A program made the position numbers and the translations under genes. Source: Myxococcota bacterium (GTDB lineage Bacteria > Myxococcota_A > UBA796 > CAJQPC01). Taken from it: a stretch of 64,000 nt of DNA. The stretch is taken from assembly GCA_036229005.1 (NCBI GenBank), contig JAZAMN010000025.1, positions 1 through 64,000 on the forward strand. The letters are read 5' to 3'. Of this stretch, positions 18,755 to 28,931 are shown piece after piece (the first letter of the stretch is position 1; each line of letters opens with the position of its first letter). The notes beneath the pieces are model-generated. The model was not told where the DNA came from and ran no database searches. It worked only from the letters and a program-made list of their open reading frames with translations.

Positions 18755-19095
18755 CACGGGGCCCTCGGCGGAGGCTCTGGGGGGCGGTCGGCCTTGGGCG
18801 GGGTGGACAGGTGGGGGCGGCCGAGGACCTGCAGGCACTGGCGCTCCCCGTAGTCGTGGTGGACCTGCTTGCAGATCCAGCCCTGGTTGCGCGGGTCGGA
18901 CACCGCCAGTTCCACCAGCAGCATGTCGCGCTCCAGCGGGTCGGCGATGGTGTCGGCCTGGGCCAGGATGGCGTCGCGCTCGGCGGGCAGGTGCTGCAAT
19001 CGGCAGAGGGTGCGGGCGTCCGGCGCGGACAGGGCGGCGCACCCCGCGAAGTCGGCGGGCTCAGGCGTGCAGGCCAGCAGCAACAGGGCGATCAC
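18754..19095 (-). CDS. Small lipoprotein with paired-Cys repeats
   Basis: MIALLLLAC; CAALSAPDARTLC and CKQVHHDYGERQC; GTGA overlap with the enoyl-CoA hydratase stop. Confidence 0.65.
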   Translation of the reverse strand: MIALLLLACTPEPADFAGCAALSAPDARTLCRLQHLPAERDAILAQADTIADPLERDMLLVELAVSDPRNQGWICKQVHHDYGERQCLQVLGRPHLSTPPKADRPPEPPPRAP

Positions 19096-19913
19096 GGCTC
19101 GAAGACCTGCAGAGGGCCCCAGGGCGGGCGCACGCCCTTGCGGATGTCGCCGAAGTTCTCGCGACCCACGGCGGCCTCTCCGGAGTCGGCGCAGAGCTCG
19201 TAGGCGCGGGCCTCGATCTCCATGCGCTCGGCGGGGCCGTGGCCCAGGGCCGCCAGGGTGGCGCGCTTGAAGGCGCCGACGGCGGTGGGGGAGTTGCGGG
19301 CGACCCGCTGGGCGAGGGCCTTGGCGCGGGCCAGGCCGGCCTCTGTGTCGGGCACGATCTCCTGCACCAGGCCGATGCGCAGCGCCTCCTGGGCGTCGAT
19401 GCGCTCGCCGGTCATGCCCAGCCGCAGCGCCTGGGGCAGGCCGATGAGCTGGGCCAGCTCGGAGCTGCCGCCGGCGCCGGGGAGGATGCCCAGGCCGGTC
19501 TCGGGCAGGGCGAACACCGCGTCGGGGGTGGCGATGCGGTAGTCGCAGGTGATGCAGTATTCGCAGCCCCAGCCCAGGGCGGCGCCGCCAATCAGCCCCA
19601 CGTGGAAGAGGGGGAGCTGGCGCAGGCTGGCCAGGATGGCGCGCTGCCGGCGCACGTGGGCCTTGACCTGCTCCAGGGACCAGCCGCTGCGCTCGGTGAC
19701 GTTCGCGCCGGCCTGGAAGATGGGCGTCCCGCGGGAGGTGGTCTTGGTCGAGGTGGTGACCAGCGCGCCGACCGCGCCCGCCTGGAGCTCGGCGATGAGG
19801 ACCTCCAGGGCGTCAAGCTGGGCGCTGCCCATCTCGTTGACGCGGCCGTGGTCGAAGGTCAGCAGCGCGACGCCATCTTGGGTCTGCACCTGAAATCGGA
19901 AGGGCTCGGACAC
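19092..19913 (-). CDS. Enoyl-CoA hydratase/isomerase (crotonase) family protein
   Basis: FQAGAN, ALGWGCE, CDYRIA, FALPETGLGILPGAGG, TGERIDAQEALRIGLV. Confidence 0.9.
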   Translation of the reverse strand: MSEPFRFQVQTQDGVALLTFDHGRVNEMGSAQLDALEVLIAELQAGAVGALVTTSTKTTSRGTPIFQAGANVTERSGWSLEQVKAHVRRQRAILASLRQLPLFHVGLIGGAALGWGCEYCITCDYRIATPDAVFALPETGLGILPGAGGSSELAQLIGLPQALRLGMTGERIDAQEALRIGLVQEIVPDTEAGLARAKALAQRVARNSPTAVGAFKRATLAALGHGPAERMEIEARAYELCADSGEAAVGRENFGDIRKGVRPPWGPLQVFEP

Positions 19914-19967
19914 GCAGGCTCCGGGGAGGGGGGGACTGCTCCTTGGGTAGCACGTTAGCCCCACCGC

Positions 19968-20762
19968 ATGAGCATCCTGATGTTGCTGGCCTGTGGGCCA
20001 TCGGACTTCGACGAGGTCCACGATCTGCGCGATCTGCAGTCCCTGCTGGACAAGGGGGCCCTGGCCGGCCGCCAGGAGCTGGCCCTGCGCGATCTGGGCC
20101 TGGGCCCGGAGCTGGCGCGGGCCATCGCCGAGCACCCCGACGCCGAGAGCCTGCGCAGCCTGGATCTGCGCGGCAACGGGGTGGGGCCGCGGGGGGCGCA
20201 GGCCTTGGCGGACAGCGCGCACCTGGGCGCCCTGGAGTCGCTGAGCCTGGCGCCCGGGCGGGTACACATCGAGGGCAACCGGGTGGGCGACAAGGGCGCC
20301 CAGTTCCTGCTGGCGTCCACCGAGCTGAGCAGCCTGCGCCACCTGGACCTGGGGCAGAACGGGCTGAGCGCCGCAGGCCTGGACAGCCTGTCCTCGCCGG
20401 GGGTCCCCAGCCTCACAGAGCTGGTGCTGGACTCCAATGGCCTGGGTGATGAGGGCGCGGTGGTGCTCGCATCCAGCAACCGCCCCCTCACGACCCTGCA
20501 GCTCGGCTGGAACGGGGTGGGGGACCGCGGGGCCCAGGCTCTGGCGGATGGACCGGGCGCGGCGCACCTGCACGTGCTGCTGCTGGCCAGCAACGAGATC
20601 GGGCCGGCGGGGGGCCTGGCGCTGGCGCAGGGGGAGGCGCTGGACAGCGTGGAGGCGCTCTATCTGTCGGGGAACGCGCTGGATGAATCGTCGGAGTCGG
20701 CGTTGAAAGAGCGCTTTGGTGAGGCGCTCAAGCTGGGTGGGGGCGAGGCGACGCGGCAGTAG
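19968..20762 (+). CDS. Ribonuclease-inhibitor/GALA-type leucine-rich repeat lipoprotein
   Basis: MSILMLLAC; repeats LRSLDLRGNGVGPRGAQALA, LRHLDLGQNGL, LTELVLDSNGLGDEGA, LQLGWNGVGDRGAQALA. Confidence 0.85.
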   Translation: MSILMLLACGPSDFDEVHDLRDLQSLLDKGALAGRQELALRDLGLGPELARAIAEHPDAESLRSLDLRGNGVGPRGAQALADSAHLGALESLSLAPGRVHIEGNRVGDKGAQFLLASTELSSLRHLDLGQNGLSAAGLDSLSSPGVPSLTELVLDSNGLGDEGAVVLASSNRPLTTLQLGWNGVGDRGAQALADGPGAAHLHVLLLASNEIGPAGGLALAQGEALDSVEALYLSGNALDESSESALKERFGEALKLGGGEATRQ

Positions 20763-20768
20763 GCGGGC

Positions 20769-21767
20769 TCAGTCCGGGCGTCTGCCCTCCAGGAAGGCGG
20801 CCAGGAGCTGCTCGGCGGCGCGGGTGGGGGCGAGGTTGCCGGTCTGGACCTGGGCGCTGAGCGCGGGGAGCAGCTCGGCGACGCTCTGGCTCTCGTGGAG
20901 GGCGCGGCGCAGGCCCTGGTCGACCATCTGCCACATCCAGCGGGTGTCCTGGTCGCGGCGGCGTTGCTGGAAGGCGCCTGAGGCCTCCTGGAAGGCGCGG
21001 TGCTCCTGGAGGGCGGCCCAGACGGCGTCGATGCCTTGGCTGTGGAGGGCGCTGCAGGTGAGCACCTTGGGCTTCCAGCCCTCCTTGCCGGGGTGGAGGG
21101 TGCGCAGGGCGCTGCGGGTGGTCGTGGCGGCGCGCTTGGCGGGGAGCAGGTTGTCGCCGTCGGCCTTGTTGACCGCGAGCACGTCGGCCAGCTCCATCAG
21201 CCCGCGCTTGATGCCCTGGAGCTCGTCGCCGGCGCCGGCCAGCAGCAGGACCAGGAACACGTCGGTCATCTGGGCGACGGCCAGCTCGGACTGCCCCACG
21301 CCGACGGTCTCCACCAGGATGATGTCGTAGCCGGCGGCTTCGCAGAGCAGCAGGGCCTCGCGGGTGCGGGAGGCGACGCCGCCCAGGGTGCCCGAAGAGG
21401 GCGAAGGGCGGATGAACGCGCCCGGGTGCCGCGAGAGGCGCTCCATGCGGGTCTTGTCGCCCAGGATGCTGCCGCCGCTGCGGGTGGAGCTGGGGTCGAC
21501 GGCCAGGACGGCGACGCGATGCCCGGCCTCCACGAGCTGCATGCCCAGGGCCTCGATGAAGGTGCTCTTGCCGACGCCCGGGACCCCGGTGATCCCGACG
21601 CGGTGGGCCCGCCCGGTGTGGGGCATCAGGCGCGAGAGCAGCTCCCTGGCCTGGGTCTGGTGGCGGGCGCTGCGGGACTCAACGCGGGTGATGGACTGGG
21701 CCAGCAGGCTGCGGTCTCCCGCGAGCACACCTTGGGCCAAGACCTCGACGCTGGGACCTCTGCGCAT
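20769..21767 (-). CDS. meaB: Methylmalonyl-CoA mutase-associated GTPase MeaB/ArgK
   Basis: GITGVPGVGKST, VDPSS, GGSILGDKTRM, ETVGVGQSE, NKAD. Confidence 0.95.
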   Translation of the reverse strand: MRRGPSVEVLAQGVLAGDRSLLAQSITRVESRSARHQTQARELLSRLMPHTGRAHRVGITGVPGVGKSTFIEALGMQLVEAGHRVAVLAVDPSSTRSGGSILGDKTRMERLSRHPGAFIRPSPSSGTLGGVASRTREALLLCEAAGYDIILVETVGVGQSELAVAQMTDVFLVLLLAGAGDELQGIKRGLMELADVLAVNKADGDNLLPAKRAATTTRSALRTLHPGKEGWKPKVLTCSALHSQGIDAVWAALQEHRAFQEASGAFQQRRRDQDTRWMWQMVDQGLRRALHESQSVAELLPALSAQVQTGNLAPTRAAEQLLAAFLEGRRPD

Positions 21768-21776
21768 GGGGGCTCC

Positions 21777-22604
21777 CTAGCGCGTGGCTTCGACGCGGGC
21801 CACGAGGGCGCGGAGGGCCTGGTTGACGCGCTGGGCGGCCTCCGCGCTCACGCCGTGGCCGGCCTCCGGGATCTCCAGCAGCTCGGCCTGCAGCAGCGCC
21901 GCCAGCTCCCGGCTGTTCTGGGGGCTGACCAGCACATCCTCCGTCCCGACGATGCACTGGCTGGGCAGGTGGGCGAGCTCGGGGAGGCGGCCGCGCAGAT
22001 CGTGGGAGAACACCGCGTGGAGCTGGCTGGCCAGGGCGCTCCCGCTGGCTCTGCTCTTGGCCAGGCCCTTGGCCATCTCCCCGTCCAGCACGCCCTCAGG
22101 GCGCTCACGCAGGGTGCGCTCGGAGAAGAGCAGCCGGGCCATGGACTCCTGGCGGCTTCGCAGGTCCCGGGCTGTCTGGACCGCGACCCAGTGCTTGACC
22201 CCGGCGGGGGTGGGGCGGGCCCGACGGCCGTTGGCGGCCGAGGCGATCAGGCTCAGCGAGCGGATCGCGTTGGGCCGCTGGATGGCCATCTGCTGGGAGA
22301 TCATCCCGCCCATGGACACCCCCACCAGGTGCAGGCTGTCCCAGCCCAGGTGGTCCGCGAGCGCCCACCCGTCCGCGGCCATGTCCTGGGGGCGGTAGCG
22401 CCCGGCCGGCGCCTGGCTGCGGCCCACGCCCTTGTTGTCGAACCAGCACACCTGGTGATCCCGCGCCAGGTCCCGGATCTGCGGGTGCCAGGCGTCTCCG
22501 GTCATGGCCAGCCCCATCACCAGGAGCACGGGGGGCCCCTCACCCAGCGTGCTGTAGCCCAGGCGGTGTTGGGGGCGGGGAAGGGTTCCGGTCTGAGGCG
22601 TCAT
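21777..22604 (-). CDS. Alpha/beta fold hydrolase
   Basis: GVSMGG nucleophile elbow, DNKGVGRS, GTEDVL, AGH. Confidence 0.9.
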   Translation of the reverse strand: MTPQTGTLPRPQHRLGYSTLGEGPPVLLVMGLAMTGDAWHPQIRDLARDHQVCWFDNKGVGRSQAPAGRYRPQDMAADGWALADHLGWDSLHLVGVSMGGMISQQMAIQRPNAIRSLSLIASAANGRRARPTPAGVKHWVAVQTARDLRSRQESMARLLFSERTLRERPEGVLDGEMAKGLAKSRASGSALASQLHAVFSHDLRGRLPELAHLPSQCIVGTEDVLVSPQNSRELAALLQAELLEIPEAGHGVSAEAAQRVNQALRALVARVEATR

Positions 22605-22689
22605 CTGTCGGCTCGCTTGGATCGTTGGGGGAAACTTTCATTTGAGTTGCCGGGGCGTCCATCCGTAGCGCCGTCTGACGGAGGGGCGA

Positions 22690-23262
22690 ATGCGCTTTCT
22701 ACTTCACATGATGAAACAAGGGTATCTGGACGCGGAGGGGGTGATCTCCGCACTGCGGATCCAGGTCGACTCGGCTCCACCGCTGGGGCAGATCGCCCTC
22801 AAGCAGCGGTTGATGACTGTGCGGCAGGTCATGGACGTGATCAACCGACAGCTCGACGAGCCCAACAAGCGCTTCGGCGAGATCGCCCAGGAGCTGGGGA
22901 TCCTCAAGAAGGAGCAGGTCGAACAGCTCCTCTGTTCTCAGGCCGCCAGCCGCATGACGCCAGAGGAGGCGCTCACCAGCCTGGGCCTGGAGGCCAGCGA
23001 CGTGCTCCCCGAGTACGAGCGCTACGCCATCAGCGGAGGCGTCCGCCGCAAGCTGCTCCCTGGCTGCCCCGATCGCAACGGCGTGTGCCCCATGCGTTCG
23101 GATCGCGGCGGGCCCCGCTGCTCAGCCTTCCAGCACGCGGCTCAGCTCTCCGAGCATGCCACTGAGCCCCCGGTGGTTGACCAGGACGACGTTCTCCCCG
23201 CGGTAGAGGTCCGAGACGGCGTGGTCGAGCTCGGTGCCGCCCCAAACGACCACGCGGCTTGA
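22690..23262 (+). CDS. Stand-alone MshEN-like (putative c-di-GMP-binding) repeat protein
   Basis: PLGQIALKQRLMTVRQVMDVINRQ and RFGEIAQELGILKKEQVEQLLCSQ match the RLGxxLxxxGxIxxxQLxxALxxQ motif; GGAGGGG RBS. Confidence 0.65.
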   Translation: MRFLLHMMKQGYLDAEGVISALRIQVDSAPPLGQIALKQRLMTVRQVMDVINRQLDEPNKRFGEIAQELGILKKEQVEQLLCSQAASRMTPEEALTSLGLEASDVLPEYERYAISGGVRRKLLPGCPDRNGVCPMRSDRGGPRCSAFQHAAQLSEHATEPPVVDQDDVLPAVEVRDGVVELGAAPNDHAA

Positions 23263-24276
23263 GGTCCGAAGGTCGGCCTCGGCCTGGCGCTTCTGGCGTC
23301 GCGCGCTCCCCGAGACCAGCCTCAGCTTGAGGTCCCCCTGGGCCGCGAGCTGCTTGAGGGTCTTGCGGTAGCCCGTGCTGCCACCGACGATGCACAGCGT
23401 GTGGATCCCCAGCAGCTCGCAGGTCTCCAGCAGATCCCGGTAGCGCAGGGCCAGGCCGGTCTCGGACAGCTCGCAGCGCTCCTGCCCCACGGGGACGGCC
23501 CACTGACCGGGCTGCGGGGCCTCGGCACACTCCGGACCCACCAGCACGACCCGCTCGGACAGGAGCTGGGAGATGCGCTGATCCGGGGCCTGACGCAGGG
23601 CCAGCAGCAGCTCGGGCTCGTCGCTCTGCATCGCCTCCAGCACCAGCAGCATCTCGGCGGGCTCGAGCCCCCGGTCGGCCATCATCGCCCGCAAGCTGGG
23701 GCGGATCTGCGCCTGGGTCTGGAGCTGCTCCAGGCTCTGCCGGGAGGAGGATTGGTCCTTGCGCGCTGCGGATTCGGCCTGCACCGCTTGGGCCAGCTCG
23801 GCCTCCAACACCGCGATGCGCTCCTTGGCCCCAGCGAGGTCACGCTCGGCCTGACGACGCGCCCGTTGGTCCTGATCCGACTGGGCCCGCAGCACCTTGG
23901 CTTCGCGGCGGAGCTCCTTGGCCGTCGCCTCCGCGGCCACGGTTCGAGCGGCCAGCGCGTCGACCTCGCCCAGCAACACGCTGAGCTGTTCCTCGCGCCG
24001 GGTGGCGGCCTTGAGGAGGGCGTCGGGATCGGACTTGGGGAGTTGTACCGTCAGCTTGGGGCCGGCCTGGGCGCCCTTCTTCTTCTGCTTGCCCTTGCGC
24101 TGGCTGCCCAGGCGCTTGGCGAGCTCCGCGATCTGGGCGGGGCTGGCTTTGGGGGGCGCCTTCTTGGCGGGGGAGCGCCCGGCGCGGGACTGACCGGGGG
24201 CCTTGCCCTTGGCGGCGCCGGTGGGCGAGATGCCCAGCTCGGCCATCAGGGCGTCGAGGTCCTCGTCCTTGGCCAC
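23122..24276 (-). CDS. Coiled-coil protein with C-terminal DUF2325-like domain
   Basis: Central heptad A/E/R-rich region; C-terminal LCIVGG...VVVW..LDH...NHRGLSGM resembles DUF2325 from memory. Confidence 0.6.
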   Translation of the reverse strand: MAKDEDLDALMAELGISPTGAAKGKAPGQSRAGRSPAKKAPPKASPAQIAELAKRLGSQRKGKQKKKGAQAGPKLTVQLPKSDPDALLKAATRREEQLSVLLGEVDALAARTVAAEATAKELRREAKVLRAQSDQDQRARRQAERDLAGAKERIAVLEAELAQAVQAESAARKDQSSSRQSLEQLQTQAQIRPSLRAMMADRGLEPAEMLLVLEAMQSDEPELLLALRQAPDQRISQLLSERVVLVGPECAEAPQPGQWAVPVGQERCELSETGLALRYRDLLETCELLGIHTLCIVGGSTGYRKTLKQLAAQGDLKLRLVSGSARRQKRQAEADLRTSSRVVVWGGTELDHAVSDLYRGENVVLVNHRGLSGMLGELSRVLEG

Positions 24277-24278
24277 CC

Positions 24279-26441
24279 TCAGCCCTCCAGCAGCAGGTCG
24301 AGCAGCTCGCCAGCGGCCGCGGGGATCACGGTTCCGGGACCGAAGATCGCGACCGCGCCAGCCTCTTTGAGGGCCTTGTGGTCCTGGGGCGGGATCACGC
24401 CGCCGCAGACGATCAGGATGTCGGGGCGACCGAGCTCGTCCAGAGCCTTGCGCAGCGCGGGCACCAGGGTCAGGTGACCGGCGGCCAGGGAACTCACGCC
24501 CACCACGTGCACGTCGTTGTCGACGGCCTGCTGGGCGGACTCGCCGGGGGTCTGGAAGAGGGGGCCGATGTCCACGTCGAAGCCGATGTCGGCGAACGCG
24601 GTGGCGATCACCTTCTGGCCGCGGTCGTGGCCGTCCTGGCCCATCTTGGCCAGCAGGATGCGGGGCCGGCGGCCGTCCTCTTGCTCGAAGCGGTCGATCT
24701 TGGCCTGCAGGCTCTCCATCAGCTCCTCTCCGGTGCCAGACATTGCGGCGCGGTAGACCCCGCGGATGGACTGGGGGGTGGCCTGGTGGCGGCCAAAGGC
24801 CTTCTCCATGGCCAGGCTCATCTCGCCGACGGTGGCCTTGGCGCGGGCGGCCTCAACACACAGCGCGAGCAGGTTGTCGCTGCCCCTGGCGCCGGCCTCC
24901 AGGGCCTCCAGCGCGGCAGCCACGGCGGCCTCATCCCGCTCGGCGCGCAGCTTGGCGAGGCGGTCGAGCTGGGCCTGGCGCACGGCGGCGTTGTCCACCT
25001 TGAGCACCGGGATGTCCTCGGCCTCGTCCAGGGGGAAGCGGTTGACGCCCACCACGGACTGCTCGCCGGAGTCGATGCGCGCCTGGGTGCGGGCGGCGGC
25101 CTCCTCGATCCGGCGCTTGGGGATGCCGGCCTCGATGGCCTTGGCCATGCCGCCCAGGCCCTGGATCTCCTCCAGGTGGGCCCAGGCCTTGGCGGTCAGG
25201 TCCGCGGTCAGGGCCTCCACAAAGTGCGAGCCCGCCCAGGGGTCCACCGAGTCACAGGTGTCCGTCTCCTGCTGCAGGAAGAGCTGGGTGTTGCGGGCGA
25301 TGCGCGCGGAGAAGTCCGTGGGCAGGGCCAGGGCCTCGTCCAGCGAGTTGGTGTGCAGGGACTGGGTGTGCCCGGCGGTGGCGGCCATCGCCTCGATGCA
25401 GGTGCGGGTGACGTTGTTGTAGACGTCCTGGGCGGTGAGGCTCCAGCCGCTGGTCTGGGAGTGGGTGCGCAGCGACTGGGACTTGGCGTTCTTGGGACCG
25501 AAGCGGCCGACGAGCTCGGACCAGATCCCCCGGGCGGCGCGCAGCTTGGCGACCTCCATGAAGTAGTCCATGCCGATGGCCCAGAAGAAGCTCAGGCGCG
25601 GCGCGAAGGCGTCCACATCCAGCCCGGCGTCCACCCCGGCGTGCAGGTACTGGAGGCCGTCGGCCAGGGTGTAGGCCAGCTCCAGGTCCGCCGTCGCCCC
25701 CGCCTCCTGCATGTGGTAGCCGCTGATGCTGATGCTGTTGAAGCGCGGCATGTGCTGGGAGGTGTAGGCAAAGATGTCGGAGATGATCCGCATGCTCGGC
25801 CCGGGGGGGTAGATGTAGGTGTTCCGGACCATGAACTCCTTGAGGATGTCGTTCTGGATGGTCCCGGAGAGCTGACTTGTCGCGACGCCCTGCTCCTCGG
25901 CCGCGACGATGTAGAGCGCCATGATGGGCAGCACCGCCCCGTTCATGGTCATCGACACGCTCATCTTGTCCAGGGGGATGCCGTCGAACAGCACCCGCAT
26001 GTCCAGGATGGAGTCGATCGCCACGCCGGCCATGCCGACATCTCCGGTGACGCGCTCGTGGTCGGAGTCGTAGCCGCGGTGGGTCGCCAGGTCGAAGGCG
26101 ATGGACAGGCCCTTCTGGCCCTGCGCCAGGTTGCGGCGGTAGAAGGCGTTGGACTGCTCGGCGGTGGAGAAGCCGGCGTACTGGCGCACGGTCCAGGGCC
26201 GCATCACGTACATGCTGGCGTAGGGCCCGCGGATGTAGGGCGGCAGCCCGGGGAAGGTCCCCGTGTGGGCGTGCTGGGCGGGGCCGTAGAGCGGCTTGAC
26301 CGGGATGCCCTCGGGGGTCTCGCGGAGGGCGCTGTCAGGGCCGTGTCCGGCAGCTTGGCCAAACTCCTGGGACCAGCGGTCCGCGTCACACTGGGCGGGG
26401 CTGCTGAGCTCGAGCGAGGAGAAATCGGGGATGCGGCTCAC
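24279..26441 (-). CDS. mutB: Methylmalonyl-CoA mutase, large (B12-binding) subunit
   Basis: [35 protein letters not shown]12 motif [19 protein letters not shown] overlap with mutA. Confidence 0.97.
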   Translation of the reverse strand: MSRIPDFSSLELSSPAQCDADRWSQEFGQAAGHGPDSALRETPEGIPVKPLYGPAQHAHTGTFPGLPPYIRGPYASMYVMRPWTVRQYAGFSTAEQSNAFYRRNLAQGQKGLSIAFDLATHRGYDSDHERVTGDVGMAGVAIDSILDMRVLFDGIPLDKMSVSMTMNGAVLPIMALYIVAAEEQGVATSQLSGTIQNDILKEFMVRNTYIYPPGPSMRIISDIFAYTSQHMPRFNSISISGYHMQEAGATADLELAYTLADGLQYLHAGVDAGLDVDAFAPRLSFFWAIGMDYFMEVAKLRAARGIWSELVGRFGPKNAKSQSLRTHSQTSGWSLTAQDVYNNVTRTCIEAMAATAGHTQSLHTNSLDEALALPTDFSARIARNTQLFLQQETDTCDSVDPWAGSHFVEALTADLTAKAWAHLEEIQGLGGMAKAIEAGIPKRRIEEAAARTQARIDSGEQSVVGVNRFPLDEAEDIPVLKVDNAAVRQAQLDRLAKLRAERDEAAVAAALEALEAGARGSDNLLALCVEAARAKATVGEMSLAMEKAFGRHQATPQSIRGVYRAAMSGTGEELMESLQAKIDRFEQEDGRRPRILLAKMGQDGHDRGQKVIATAFADIGFDVDIGPLFQTPGESAQQAVDNDVHVVGVSSLAAGHLTLVPALRKALDELGRPDILIVCGGVIPPQDHKALKEAGAVAIFGPGTVIPAAAGELLDLLLEG

Positions 26442-28183
26442 AGGGCCTCCCAGAGATCGGTGAGCGCCGCCAAGGCATCGCAGCGCAGGTAGATGAAGGC
26501 GTCCACGCCGGCCTCGCGGAGGGCGGACTCCTGCTCGCCGGGCTTGCCGGCCAAGAGCACCCGCTGGGCGCCCGCGGACTTGAGGGCGGTGGCCAGCGCG
26601 GAGGCGTGCTCGGCGTACCCCGCGTCGCTGCCGCAGATGCAGGCCAAGCTGGCGCCGGAGTCGGCGAAGGCCTTGACGACGGAGTCCAGGTCCACGCGCT
26701 GGGGCGCGGGGGTGAATCCGCCGGCCTGCAGCAGGTTGCTGGCGAAACCCACGCGGGCGGTGTGGCTGGCGACAGGGCCGATGGCGGCCAGGAAGACGGC
26801 CGGGTTGCCCGCGGCGTCGCCGCGATCCCGCAGTTCCTCGTATGCGGACGCGTCTCTGGAGAGGGAGAGGGGGGCACAGAGCGAGGTGGTGGGGGCGGCA
26901 GTCCACAGACCCACCCGCTCCTCCCTCAGCTCGGGCCGCCGCTCGGAGAGCAGAGGGAACTCGGAGACGCCGGTGATGGGCTGACGGCGAGAGGCGATGC
27001 GGCTCTGGCGCTGGGCGCGCACCGGGGCGATCCAGTCGTGGATCCAGCCGCTCTGGAGGGCCTGCAGGTAGCCGCCCTGGCGCTCGATCTCTTGGAAGGC
27101 GGCCCAGGCGGTCTGCGCGAGCTCGGCGGTCCAGGTCTCCGGGGCGAAGGCGCCGCCGGCGGGGTCGATGACGCGGCCCAGGTGGGACTCCTCGGCCAGC
27201 ACGAGCTGGGTGTTCCGGGCGACGCGGGCGGCCAGGCGCTGGTCGGCGGGCTGGGCGCAGTCGGCGAAGGGCAGGGAGCTGATGGCCTGGGCGCCCCCGA
27301 CGGCCGCAGCGAACACGGCGGTGGTGTTGCGCAGCAGGTTGACCCAGACGTCGCGGCGGGTGGTCACGCGCCAGGAGAGCTGGGCGTGGATCACGGGGGC
27401 CCAGTCCACCCCGCAGGCCTGGGCCAGACGGGCGTGGAGCTGCCGGGCGGCGCGCAGCTTGGCGATGCCCAGGAACATGCGGGGGTCCAAGGCCAGCCGC
27501 AGCTCGGTGTTCTCGAACACCTGCTCGGGAGCGACGCCGCGGGCCTCCAGGGCGCGCAGGGTCTCGGCTTGCGCCGCCAGCCCCAGTGCGAGGTCCTGCA
27601 CCTCGCTGGCGCCTGCATGGTGGAAGGTGGTGGTCTGCAGGGCCAGAGCCCGGGTGCTGGGCCCAGACTGCTGGATGCAGGCAGCAGCCACCTCCCAGGC
27701 TTGCTCCAGCGTCCCGTCCAGGCCACCCCGCTCCGCGAGCTCGGTCAGAGGAGAGAGACCCAGGCCGCCCGAGGCTACCTGGCCCACCACCTGCGCCGCC
27801 TTGGCGCTCGCGGGCCCCACCAGATGAATGGGCGCCAGCGAGGTGTCCACGGCGGCGACCAGCGCGGAGACCAGGTCCGGGTCCTCTACGCTCAGGCCGC
27901 GCGCCCCCTTGTGGAGCTCATCGAGGGCCTGCTCCACCGAGGAGGCCGGCTGGCGAATCTCCCAGCCGTCCCGGGTCGCACCCAGCGCGCTGGCGCCGCG
28001 GCGGTAGGGGAACTGGCCGGGCAGCTCGGGGCTGTCTGGACCGTCGGTGTAGAGGGGCTGGATGTCCAGGCCCTCCAGGGTGCGGGTCACCAGGGCGCGC
28101 TCGAAGTCGCGACCGCGGAGATCCCGGTCGACGCGAGCACGCCAGTCCTGAAGGGTGGGGGAGGGGGACTGGCTGCCGGGCAT
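26438..28183 (-). CDS. mutA: Methylmalonyl-CoA mutase, small subunit
   Basis: [54 protein letters not shown]; no DxHxxG motif. Confidence 0.92.
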   Translation of the reverse strand: MPGSQSPSPTLQDWRARVDRDLRGRDFERALVTRTLEGLDIQPLYTDGPDSPELPGQFPYRRGASALGATRDGWEIRQPASSVEQALDELHKGARGLSVEDPDLVSALVAAVDTSLAPIHLVGPASAKAAQVVGQVASGGLGLSPLTELAERGGLDGTLEQAWEVAAACIQQSGPSTRALALQTTTFHHAGASEVQDLALGLAAQAETLRALEARGVAPEQVFENTELRLALDPRMFLGIAKLRAARQLHARLAQACGVDWAPVIHAQLSWRVTTRRDVWVNLLRNTTAVFAAAVGGAQAISSLPFADCAQPADQRLAARVARNTQLVLAEESHLGRVIDPAGGAFAPETWTAELAQTAWAAFQEIERQGGYLQALQSGWIHDWIAPVRAQRQSRIASRRQPITGVSEFPLLSERRPELREERVGLWTAAPTTSLCAPLSLSRDASAYEELRDRGDAAGNPAVFLAAIGPVASHTARVGFASNLLQAGGFTPAPQRVDLDSVVKAFADSGASLACICGSDAGYAEHASALATALKSAGAQRVLLAGKPGEQESALREAGVDAFIYLRCDALAALTDLWEAL

Positions 28184-28185
28184 GC

Positions 28186-28818
28186 TCAACCTCGGGGACC
28201 CAGGGTGTCGGGGACGCCGGCGGGGACCGGCAGCGCGCCGTGGAAGAAGGCCTTGACGCGGCCCAGGCTGCCGCTGGCGTCGATCACGCCGCCTTCGCTG
28301 ACCAGGGGCTCGGCGAACGCGAACTCGCCCACGTCCACGGCCTCACCGGAGACGGTCTGGGCCAGGTAGACCTGGATCTGCTCGGCGTCGTCGTGGATCA
28401 GGAAGATGGGGCCGATGCCCTGCTCGTCGACGAGCATCAGGGGGGCCTCGTCGTTGGTGCGCACCCAGTGCCAGCCGGGGCAGCTCGGGGCGCTGCCTTC
28501 GACCTGCATCGCGCCGGACTCGCTGGCGGTGACCACCGCGCTCTGGGCGCCGGGGGTGACGGGGCCGAAGAACCAGGTGGGGAAGCGGGCGCCGGAGTCG
28601 TCGTCCACGCAGGTGAGGTCGTGCTCGCTGAGCTCCCGGAGGTCCGCCAGGGGCGATGCGATGCTGCCGTCCGCCTTGGCCAGGACCAGGCAGAGCACGC
28701 CGTCGCGGGCGTCGTAGGCGCGGGGGCCGACCTGGCGGGGGCGCAGGACCCAGTACCAGCCGGGCTGGCGCTTTGCGTGGTCGGAGAAATCGGTGTTGTC
28801 GGAGCGGAGCCAGGGCAT
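28186..28818 (-). CDS. Hypothetical protein with internally duplicated PGW(Y/H)WV...FxG domain
   Basis: GGAGG RBS; QPGWYWVL...WFFGPVTP and CPGWHWVR...FFHGALPVP; abuts mutA. Confidence 0.7.
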   Translation of the reverse strand: MPWLRSDNTDFSDHAKRQPGWYWVLRPRQVGPRAYDARDGVLCLVLAKADGSIASPLADLRELSEHDLTCVDDDSGARFPTWFFGPVTPGAQSAVVTASESGAMQVEGSAPSCPGWHWVRTNDEAPLMLVDEQGIGPIFLIHDDAEQIQVYLAQTVSGEAVDVGEFAFAEPLVSEGGVIDASGSLGRVKAFFHGALPVPAGVPDTLGPRG

Positions 28819-28931
28819 CAGGGGGGACCTCCCATGTCAATCAAGGGCTAACACGGACGCTGGCATCAGACGGGCACTCGGCCTGCATCCGCATCGGTTA
28901 GTTGCCCTGCCCACGCACAGCGGAGTGAAGC

